Assembly (NCBI RefSeq): GCF_009914755.1
Contig: NC_060941.1
Length of the DNA: 64,000 nucleotides
Strand: one strand, 5' to 3'
Origin: the human T2T-CHM13v2.0 reference genome, Homo sapiens
Positions 52,039 to 64,000 of the stretch are shown here, piece by piece (within the stretch, counting starts at the first letter, position 1; every line of letters begins with the position of its first letter). The notes beneath the pieces were generated by a model, which worked only from the letters and a program-made list of their open reading frames with translations, made no database searches and was not told the origin of the DNA. The position numbers and the translations under genes were made by a program.

Positions 52039-55000
52039 TCAGTTTGATTTTTAGAACACAATTAGAAATCTTGGTTGCAATGAAATGAAAGAAAGAATGT
52101 GAGTCAGTGGTAAGTTTGAAAGGTAAAACTACAAAAGGAAACCCTATCCATTGACGGTGAATTTTAGAAGAAATTTCAGAGAATCTCTTAGAATGTGGCC
52201 GCATGCTCTTATAGAAAATAGCCTTAAAAAAAGAAGAGAACATGTCTTCGGCTTATCTATGACTTGATATCAAATAGAATAATGAAGAAAAGTAAAGCAT
52301 TGAGTATTATGTAAATGAAGAGAAATAATTTAGAAAGTTATTAGAGAAACAGAAGAAATCAAGTAAAGTAAGAACTTAGGTATCACTGCACTTCTGAAAT
52401 ATGCAGAAACCAGATAGTTGAACAATCCTCACACAGCGTGGGTGAGAGTACACCTGGAGCACTTCCTATCCTATGCTTAGAGGTCTTACTTTGTAAAAGA
52501 GGTTAACAGACAAGAAGTTCAAAGCAGGCCAACAAAAGGGTAGAAGGACTTGAGGAGATGATTCACAGGGAAGGGCAAGGGCCACCTAGATGAATACTTC
52601 CAAGAATAACAACAGGAAGTGTACCTGCAATAGTTACCTCTCCAGTAACTGGGCTGCTCCAGATGCATTGGCTCCATTGAAACACCAGACAAAGACCAGC
52701 TGTGTCTTTGAACTTTAGGACTTTTGGGGTGGGTGGGAAATAGCCCTCTTTCATCCTCCCAACTGCTGTTACTTTCAGGGTTGTGAAAATCTATGGAGGC
52801 ACAATGGTTCAGCTATTCCACCTTATCCAGAGAGTTGAAACTCCACCACAGAGCTCTCCAAAGTGGCACATGGTGCTATGCAGGCAAGTATATCGAGAGG
52901 AAAACAAAGCTCCTTATCGGTTTGCTGTATAATAAGTCTGTTTGGACAGATTGACAGTATATGGAAAATGGATAAGAAACACTGATTTCCTTCCTCACAA
53001 GATACTACTACAACCTCTTTCTGCCTTCAGTACCTAGCAAAACTAGCAAATATTAAACAGGATCTGAAATTCCTTTGGGAAAAAAATATAAGGCAATGAC
53101 TTTGAGACAGCCAAATAGTCTGTCATAGCATGTCTTACTTATCCAAAGATAATGGAAAGATGATTGTCAATACAAGGCAATATAATGTGATGTTAAGTTC
53201 CCTAGCTTTAAATGTATATACAACTCAACTATTTCTGATCAGAGATCTGGTTCCATAGTCAGATGCATCCAAATCCACTACCACAGCAACAGCTATGAAA
53301 TTACCCCTTACCCCTTTATGAGGGACAGTTTATTATTGTGTACACTTGAACTCCTAGAAATAAATAGTCACAGTTCCCTGTGACTAATAAGTAATTATAT
53401 TATTATGGCAATTTAATCAGAAAGCTATAGAACACAAAAATCTGAGAAATATTCTTTTGGAAGAAAGATCATGTAACTTAGTCCCTCACTATAAAGATCA
53501 GGTGTTAAACTAAATAAAAAAGAGTAGACTTGTTTTGCAGCTTGACAAAAAGAAAGGTGGTTTCTCTAGCTAAAAGTCTGTAGATGATGCAGGAACTGCT
53601 GCTTAGAAACTACTTTCTAAACAAACTGCAAAGGGATGACTATAAACATTTTATCAACATATTACAATAAAATCCTCTAAGAAGCTGCCTCACTATTAAG
53701 GATAGAGAAAAATCACAGATGCTGTGATTTCAGTTCTTCTCTTTCATTTTCTGTATTTTGGAATTGTCTCCAAAATCTAAGCCTTCATTTGACAGGGAGG
53801 GGTAAAAGGATCTTTTTCTGATGGGAAGACACAACCGTTAGGATGTAGCCTGGCATGCATTTCCATTGCCTGTTAATGTAGCCTGCAGAAAACTGTCTCC
53901 AGAGGAACAACAGCAGCAATACACCAACTTATTCAACAAAATGATGGTTATTTTATCACATTTATTGAAATGTAGACAGTGAACCCAGTATAGCATATGA
54001 CATAGGAGGGAACAGGCCTGCTCATCAAAATCCCAACCTAAAAAAGACCAACGTGATATGGAGGATACAGAAATGATAACAACTGTTGATAGAAGAAACG
54101 TTTGACTTGACAGTGGGCATGGATTTTCAAATCACCCAAAAATGAAAATAAGAGACAAAAAACAGAAGGACCACCATGTAGATTAAAATTCTTAAGGGGC
54201 AAGATAGTCAACACAACTGAGGAGAGATGAGCACGCAACCATTTAACAGGAAAAAAACTCAGATCCCACATGCTGAAACAGATAAGCCTTAGACAAGGCT
54301 GAAACAGAGGGAAAGAAGTCAGTCTGTGAGGAGGTCAGATTTAACTGTTTTCTACTAAGTACAATTAACTAAAATAATGAGTGGAAGAGGGGACTTGAGG
54401 GGGAAAAAACAGAGCGGGTACTGTCCTAAGGTTATCCATTTTACATGTAACCATGCTCTCAACAGGCAAAATTTCAAAGGCCAGATATTTAATTTGGCTT
54501 CAGGGTCTCCAAAGGGAGCTATTTTTAGAGACTGGTCTGAGGTTTGCTTAGAGTTAGTAGCTTCCTCTAAAGGATTGAAAATAAGGATTTAGAATATTCT
54601 CTCTATAGAATATATACAATATGGAATATGTATATATGTATGGAATACATCTATACAATATATAGACATAATCATTCTAACCTAAACATTTTTTATCCTT
54701 TATATATACACACACACACTACCATAGTAGTTGCTTTTGTATAAAATCAAATATGATGCTAATTTCAAATAATTCTCTGTCACTGGTTGGTATGACATAC
54801 ACAATCTTCAACTTCAATTTCCTTCAGAACTTGTTGAGTTCCTTTGGTTCTGATGGAAAGATTCAGGGCTTTGATTTTCTAGCTTACCTTTATTTGATGA
54901 CAGCTAAGCTTAGAAATAAAAAAAAAAAAACTCCGTGTGTGTAGGAATACAGAAATCAGGGTAGAGATTGAAAGAAAAGAAAACCACTGAAAACCTAGAG

Positions 55001-55222
55001 GGGGAAAAATAAATGTATGTGTACAAGCAAACTTTATTACAGGATATTCATTTAAAATGTGAAACAATTCATCAACTAGGATTATGAAGAATGTGCCATT
55101 TTTTATGAAACACAGCAATCCCACAAACTCAAAAGAAAAGACCAAAAACATGAAAAGAAAAGAGATAATTCTACCTAATTCTCAAATACAACTACCAATT
55201 ATGGAACAGAATATTCTGATTA

Positions 55223-55551
<329 letters not shown>

Positions 55552-55559
55552 GTTTGTGA

Positions 55560-56019
55560 TGAGAAAAGAAAATAGCTTTTATATGAAGAATGCAAGTCCT
55601 TTTAATTATCAGGCCCAGAGAGACATTAAAATGAGACCGCAGTCAAGTCCTACTCCCCGCTTTAGGCTATGTTATTCATCTCTTGAAACTGCTTGCTATT
55701 GCCACAAATAGCTATAAATTAATCTAATAATGCCACACCAGACACTATAACCCATACCCTGTAGCTTAAAAATGTATAGCCAATTACTAATCAATGTTAT
55801 TTCTGTAAACCAATGAGAATTTCTGACAAACAACTTTGTATCAGCCCACTCCCTATCCCTCTTTTTTGCTTTTAAAAATCCACTTGTAACTGCTGCTAAT
55901 CAGAGTGTATATTCAGGGCAACTTGAATCTAGGCTCTGGGGTTGCAATCCTTAAACTTGGCTCAAATAAGCTCTCCACTTATATTAATTTTGCCTCAGCT
56001 TCTTCCTTTTAGGTTGACA
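55560..56019 (+). mobile_element. ERV1 (MER4-group-like) solo LTR, 460 bp
   Basis: TG...CA termini, 4-bp TSD gtga (55556-55559 / 56020-56023), CCAAT boxes, TTTAAAA TATA-like box, aaataag degenerate poly(A) signal. Confidence 0.78.
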
Positions 56020-57475
56020 GTGATTTATTTACCTTTCTGAAGACCAGGAAGTCCTTAAAAATTCAATCTGTACTGTTGAAATCCTTTCTTCAATGTATTG
56101 GTGCACTTTCCTGCCTAAATACATCATGTTGAATGAAAGTTAGCCTTTACTTGGTGTCTACACTACAAGGATATCATTATGGTCATTTTTGGCATGAAAT
56201 AATATAAGAGACTGGGCTAAACTTACAATCTCCCTGGGAAGTTCTTATTTGCTTTTTAGGTCCATTACATCTGCTTCTTTTTTGATATATCTCTGGTTAA
56301 TAAGCATAGCAGAGAAAAAATTCCAGTTAATTTATTATTTATTTAATGAAAAGTATCCTATAGAACTTTGGTTCTGGGGTAAGGTACAGAATAGGAAGTA
56401 AAAATTCAAGTGACCAGATATTAAATTAACCTTGCCACCAATATTGCCAAACTGGAACAACAGGGTATCTAAAGACAAAACACATTTTCAGAAATTCCAC
56501 CCATAGAAATGGAGTCTAGCAATCATTCATTCTTAGCACTGTATTGCTCAGTATCTCAAGACTTTGTCCAATAGCCTCAATAAATGTATAAAGATATCAA
56601 GAAGTAAAGGTCAAAAAAGGAACCGTGAACATCAAACAAGGCCACTGGAAGTGACCCAAAACATCACATGCTGGGCTTTCCTTTTTAATGATAATAACAG
56701 TGATAGTGAATGTTTATCCTTGTCTTTCTTTCAAAGAGCTTCTAAATCTTTGCAGACATCTCTTACTAATCTTTATTAGGCTTTGGGAAGAAAACAGTTT
56801 TCCCCAAGAAGTGCCTTCGGAGAAGAAGGAGGCTTCCCAAAACCAATAAAAAGGAAAATGTTTGCCCTTCTCCAGGTCCTCCCCACGCCCCACTGGTCTC
56901 CTAACTCCCACTGTGTTGTACTGGTGATTGAAATGAATTATAATACCATGCAAGTGTTGAAAGGATAATAATGGTAATTCAGTTTGTTTCCAAAAGAGTT
57001 ATAAGCCATGTGTGTTTAATCATAACAGGGAACAGGTAAGTAGAAAAGATGAGGAAACCCATAATTACCTTTATCCCATTATTTACTTATTTTGGGAAGA
57101 GACTTCAAATTGGTAAAGTTACAAAACACTGAACACAGATTTTTTTATACTGCAGACTGTTGGTCTCTGAGAAGGCTCAAAGGATGGTCTTTACCTGAAA
57201 ATTTTTTCAGGGAGACAAATATTTGATAGATGCTATGACAAAAACTCTGCTTATTCTTACTTTGATCCAATTCTTCTCAGATAGGGAACTGAGAGTCTTA
57301 GAGACTTGCGGGATAATTTCCAAGCAGGCTATAGAATCGTATCTGCTGAGTTTCAGAAAACATGTTGGGACCAGCACAGTATAATGAACTGGGGAAAGTA
57401 GTCCCCTTCACAATCCTGAACTCCTTCCCTTCTGGTCCTTAGAAACATGGCTGCAAGCTACACACCAGAAGCTGA

Positions 57476-57811
<336 letters not shown>

Positions 57812-60800
57812 AATAGCAGCAATTTAAAAAAATACTCTAAATTTTCAAAAAGGGAAGATGGAAGAGTGATATATAATGTGGTTCTAGGATCCCTCAGACT
57901 CTGATAAGTCAAAACTTAGAAAACAGCTGCTTTGTGTCAGTGATCACCTCATTGATCATGGAAGGAAGCTAATGGGGTTACCAGTACGGAACAGGCACAC
58001 ATACAAAGGTCCAGGGCAGATAAGTGATTCACCGTACCACAAGTAACAGGTATTAAGTTCCCACCCCAGAACTCATATACTATTAGTCATTCTTTAAACC
58101 ACTAAGGCTACCTGTACTACATTATGGTAATATTTAATCAGCACCCTTAACCCACAAAATTTTGAAGCTAAAGCCTTGTCCTTTCGGCTACATTAAAAAT
58201 ACAAACAGTCTTGCTTAGTTATGTTAAGCTGATGCCAAATTGAACGCAAATAGGTTAACGGAGTCTAAATCAATAACCTTCACACTTAGTAATATTTCTG
58301 ATAGTAATTAGGTGAATAAGGAATAGCTCAAGTTTAATTACTATTAATAATAATACCTAACATTTGCCATTTTCAAAGGCAACACTCATACATTATTTCA
58401 TTTCAGGTAGTTAGGCCATTTATTACTATTATTCCCATTTTACTCAGGAAGCCACAAGCTCAAAGAGGTTAAGCAATTTTTCTTTACGTCATAAAGCTAA
58501 GAAGGATCAGCACTGAGATTAAAATACAAGTCTACTGAGAGCACTTTTCACTGTAGGATGTCGCTCCTCATTTTAGAATACCTTTTATGCCTTATTATCA
58601 TATTATATCATTATATATGAATCCTGTGCAAAGAGCACCATTTGGTGGGCATATTATCTTAATTATTTGATTGGTGATAGAAATTATGTTCTTAGGCCAG
58701 AAGGCATCCAGTTATACATAAGTTAGAAGATAATGAAGTAACTCTGCCCTGAGGGAACCCAAGAAACACTCTGATATTCAAAAGGAAAGAAGTTCTCATC
58801 TAGGATGTCAGACTGCCTACAAAACAACTGCCTAATCACAGAGCATTCAACTGGTGACCATAGGGTAACCTACATTTCTGGGAAAAGGAAAAAGCAACAG
58901 GCAGAAATGGTAGTTTCTCACCTTAGGAACTTTGCATGGTGACTTCAGAGATATGTTCCTGATCTATTTTGGGGAGAACATACTTTCCTTCATGCTCACT
59001 AGATGCAGCACTGGACAGGTAATTTTCAAATAATAATTACCAAATGATTCATGCTTATTAATAGATCCTCATGAAAGTCTTGAAAACCAGGTAAACCAGA
59101 AAGTTACTTCTCCTCCATTTGATAAATTAAATAATCGTTGAATGTCATGCCAAAGACTATTTTACAAGTCATCTGGAGAACTAGTGGTACTAGTCCTCCT
59201 GATATTGGAACATCCAAGTGTTTGGGTATGCACCCACTGTTTGGGTGCCAAGCCCTCGTTTCTGTGTAGAGTTTAGCTACAAGAGAAAATCAGATCTTCT
59301 GGCAACACTTACGAGGCAGGTGCAGTCATAAAGAACTTGACTTTTGATTCCATTGTCTCTGCCAGGACAGGTGGTATGGTAGAAGTATGGAATCTTGCCA
59401 GACAGGCTCTAACTCAAACCTCCCTTTAGAAAACAAAACAATAAAAATGGAAACAAAATGCCAAATCCTATTCCATACCCTGAAGATTGACATTGCTTGA
59501 AAAAGTAGGACATTTTATATAATACATTCATTTGTTTTAAGCTTACATCAACTCAGGAGAAATAAGACTATGAAAATGAAAGGTCAGTTGCAGGCTGGGC
59601 TCTCTCCTTATAAATTCAATTCCCTATTCCCCTGTATAAACTAAAGGGACACTTTCATTTCAGTGAATTTTATCCATATATTCCTAGCATAAAAAAAAAA
59701 AAAAACCTATAATCTAATACCTGCATAGGAGTAACACAGACAAGTTAGCACTGCTGAGTAGAATAAAAACCTTTGGCAAATCCTACTTACTTCCCAGATC
59801 CTACCTTACCTTCCTAACACAAACTAGCACATCTCAAATTTTTGAGAATGGTCAGTTGATGATTCCATGAAAGAGACGGTCTTTCTCTAAAAAACTACAG
59901 CATGTTTGTTCAGAACCAAGTAAAAACAAAAGGATTGTTTCTAGTGGCAAAGATAGACAATTGATTATTTTTACCAGGTTTGTCTCCAGGGCAAGTCTTT
60001 GTGATTGATGATGTGTCTCCTGACCACAAGGACACCACAAGAAGGCTCAGAGGAAGAGTGCTCAAAGGATCCCTGTGAGGGCACTGTTAGCTGTCACCAT
60101 TGGAAATACTGAACATTTCTGGTGTTCCTGGAATCTATTTCTAACCACTACTCTGTGGTTGTGATGAAGGGATAGGAAGAGATTGGAAATCTTCTAGAGC
60201 AAATGCTCTCTTCAGTTCATAACCACAGAACCAAGATAAAATAACAAGAATGTACTTTGCCCAAGGCATAATTCTGCCTAAATTTGCCCTATCCATCATT
60301 TTTTTCCCCTAATTCTTGTTTATGTTGTTGTTAATCTGCTCAAGGAAGGAAAGCTAGATAATCTACAAACAGGTTCCGGAAAGGCTTGGAAAATTTGTGG
60401 ATTCAGAGAAGGATATTTAAGAGGGAGCCAAAATCTCTGAGAACAATGCCCTATAAATGCCCCAAAGTGTAAGAACCAAAATATTCAATGAATCATTGTT
60501 CTTACCCAGAAGATAATTTCTTAAAGTTATAGTCTTAATTTTCTTCAAATGATAAATTGTCTATTCAGGTCCCAGAGAAGAGGCTGTGACACTAATACTT
60601 AACATGGTGGTTGTGTCTCTTTATGCCTGACTCAATCAGTTGAAATCCAAAAGTAAGTTCTTCCTTGATTTACCTGCCAAGACCTGAGTTCAGGCCCTCA
60701 GGGTGCTGAGGTTTTCCTTTGTGGGAGAAAATGACATCATCAACACCTCAGCAACAGTAGAGGAATGCAGGGAATGTGGCTCCCAACATTTGGTGATATC

Positions 60801-61198
60801 AACTGTCCTGGGAGAAACCCCAAACTCCCAAGAGTCAAACATTGGTTTAAAAAAGGAGTTTTTTTGGGGTGGGGGGGTAGGTTGTTGTTTCGAGTTTATT
60901 AGTAGTGTTTGATGTTTCCAAACACCAGTTTTAAAAGGGAAGATGGGTTGGGGGACCTCTTCCAGTAAGCGTGTACCTCAAGAACCAAACATACATGAAT
61001 TAAGTCCAGATAAGGCAATTCAACTCATTTGTATCTTACTGAGGCACATCCAACCAAGGAAGAATAGAGACTTAGTTATATTAGGCTCTCTCCCAGCTCT
61101 GAGATGAGTATATTCTTTGGGGGACTTGCTAATGTTGCAAGTTTGCATTCAAAATAAATTCTAGGCACTCACATAATCCCCCAGTCTCCTCCAAACTT

Positions 61199-62111
61199 TC
61201 TTTGATGTCCAACAACTAAGGACAAGGATCTTTGATTATAAAACAATTTCTTTGGTTGGAAGAAAATTCTTTGCAGGGCGTGAACAGCAGGAGAAAGAAA
61301 AGGTTTTTCTGAAGTGCAAACTAGTTGGAAACCCCCTGGGGAAAGAATCTGATTCCCAGTCTTTGAGAGGAACAGGCCTGCCTGTACAAGTTGCCTCTGC
61401 TGAAGGCCTCTAAGAAGGCGCTTTTGTGTCTACTGTATGGCCCTCAGCAACAGCACGGCGGCCCTTCTCTTTTTTTTTGCCAGCGGAAGTTTTCCAACTC
61501 TGGGAATACACAATGCAGAAAGTCACGGTTTAATAACAAGGCATAGTTACTAATCAGATGGCCCCATTTCCACTCTTCCCAGTTGCCTCCAGATGCTTAC
61601 ATACTAGAGCTCTATCCCCCTCACCCCATGGGTGAACACCCACCAGCTGCTCTGAAATCTTATTTTTAGTATAAGTATTCAGCTTATCTCTAATAATTCA
61701 CTTCACAGAGTACTTAGGATCAGAAGCATCCTACTCCTTTTACTTTCATCCAGACTGGTTCTAGGTTGTCTCTGGCTCTTTCAGGTTTTTCCAAAGGTTA
61801 GATTCACTTAGGTGCAGGTTAGTGATTGAAGTCAGTGTGCTCTGATCATTGGGACAACCTTGACGAAGCATTTACAATAAGGGTCCTCAATCTACTACAG
61901 ATATTTTAAAATATGAAACTCCAGAGAAAGGCTCCTTTTTTGAGTGTGTTAACTGGAATGCAAAGACAGTACAGGACCAGAAGACTGGGAGTACAACTGA
62001 GTCTCATGCTTAGTTCTGCTACCTATTTATTGTAAGACATTAATTTAGTCAGATTTTTTTCTATCACCTACCAAACAAATTTTGTCTTTGATGTCCAACA
62101 ACTAAGGACAA
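61199..62111. promoter_or_regulatory. Candidate TCF/LEF (Wnt-responsive) elements: exact 27-bp repeat at 61199-61225 and 62085-62111, plus CTTTGAT at 61230-61236
   Basis: tctttgatgtccaacaactaaggacaa twice; CTTTGATG is the TCF/LEF core. Confidence 0.5.
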
Positions 62112-62917
62112 AGAAAAAGAACTAAATAGGCAAGATACATGTCCCTTTAATATATGAAATCTATTTCTAGAATAAGCATAAACTCTAAAAGTTTAGAGCT
62201 GGAAAGGATCTTAAAGATTATTTAGTTCTCCCCCAACTCTACACCAACAGATGAAAGATTAAGTGACTTGCTTTTACTTAAAATGATCATAAGGTGCCTA
62301 GGGACTTTTCATATACCCCAAGGGGGCAACTCAGTAATCCCAAATACTCACCAATGATAATTTTTAAATGTTTAATGTATGTCATAGAGTTTACTAACTT
62401 TAGAGTAAAATAACCTAATGTCACAGTGGATCGGTACATTCTTCTTAAATGGTTCTCTATATGCCTCATATCATACTAAAATCAACACATTTTAGGGAAC
62501 AGGAATAACACACATTTATGACTAAAGTCAATAATAAGAAAATAGTACTAGAAACAATTTTTGCTAAATAGATATGATATTCAAATACTCTTCACCTTCT
62601 ACATAAAAGGTCTTAGTATTTATTTCTTCCCTTATGGAATGCAGTTTGCGAAGAATTAAAATCAAGCTAGTTGAGATAAATTCAAACAAAACTTCCAATA
62701 TGTTGAATTCTGTTTAAAGCTAAATTTACTGTTTTAACTAAAATTTAACAGGGACTGATTGGTACATTTTAGAAAGTCAGTTTACAATCTGAAAAAAAAA
62801 AGCCATGGTATCTAGTCATTCTAGACTCCTAAAGAAAATGCTAAAGATGAGTATTAAACACACAGGAATATAACAACCTGTAATTAACTGATAACAGTAA
62901 AAATTTAGAAGGTATGA

Positions 62918-63242
<325 letters not shown>

Positions 63243-63397
63243 TGTAGTACTTCTTTCTCTAACTTTAAGCTACTTGAAGTTGCCTGGGTTAAAATTTAAT
63301 ATTTTTTCATTTGTTTTTTCTTTAATCATAGGGAATCTGAGACAGAATTACCACAGTCATTTGAATGACTCTTGAAAAAATGAAAATCAGCACTTTA

Positions 63398-63566
63398 GGC
63401 CAGGAATGGTAGCTCATGCCTGTAATCCCAGAGCTTTGGGAGGCAGAAGTGGGAGGATGGCTTGAGCCCAGGAGTTCAAGGTTATAGTAAGCTCTGATGG
63501 TGCCACTGCACTCCAGCCTGGGTGACAGAGAGAGGTGACAGAGAGAGAGACCCTGTCTCTAATGAC

Positions 63567-63625
<59 letters not shown>

Positions 63626-63645
63626 AAAAGAGAAAATAAATAAAT
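63398..63645 (+). mobile_element. Deleted old Alu with (AAAG)n microsatellite tail (~63567-63627)
   Basis: Alu ends plus about 14-15 AAAG units. Confidence 0.85.
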
Positions 63646-64000
63646 CAGCACTCTAATGCATTTATGCCTACACCTACATCTGGCATTCAATACACAATGC
63701 CTCCTGCTGTTTAAGTTGATTCTCCTCAGTTGGACAAGGCTAAGGTGTTGTGTTGCTCTTTGAATTACTATAGTATCTGTCACAGAATTTGGTACAAATA
63801 GGAAAACCACATTATAAGGCATCTAGAGAATCCAGTGCCCCTTCTAGTCTTGGTAAGATTCTTAGCCTAGACTTTATAAAGAGGTGATATTGCTCTGAGA
63901 AGATCCAGGACTACAGACCACCTGATGTGCAGTGATTCTGTGGCAGAATAAATGACACATGCACCACGTAAAGTATTGCTAAACTGTGGTGAGGTATTTT

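Noticed and set aside
60686-60712. Short hairpins (cctcag-ggtg-ctgagg; cctga-gt-tcagg)
   Set aside because: Stems of 5-6 bp are expected by chance; too short for a pre-miRNA

Overview
Human genomic DNA at chr17q22, identified from the encoded proteins. Two protein-coding genes lie head-to-tail on the minus strand. SUPT4H1 (SPT4, DSIF subunit) is complete: 5 coding exons, 354 nt, 117 aa, with a CpG-island promoter at ~9.9-10.4 kb. RNF43 (Wnt-antagonist transmembrane RING E3 ligase) is partial: coding exons 3-10 at 12818-28909, with the ATG-bearing exon 2 beyond the right edge, so 28910-64000 is intron 2. All junctions were read as GT-AG and exon lengths match the canonical proteins as I recall them; the L418M allele is present. 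The rest is Alu, MIR, L2, L1, Tigger/MER and LTR sequence. I found no foreign insert and no proven new system. The best leads are all regulatory or RNA-level hypotheses. (1) RNF43 exon 9 is flanked by inverted Alus and would form a stop-free circular ORF if back-spliced. (2) A compact AT-rich block near 11.57 kb holds back-to-back poly(A) signals for both strands; RNF43 has only weak signals there, ~1.5 kb before the SUPT4H1 promoter, which favours read-through. (3) An exactly duplicated 27-bp TCF/LEF-motif element in intron 2 lies next to a candidate alternative first exon. (4) A ~106-bp duplicated module with an E-box palindrome lies in intron 3. (5) There are unusual trimeric and same-site tandem Alu insertions.
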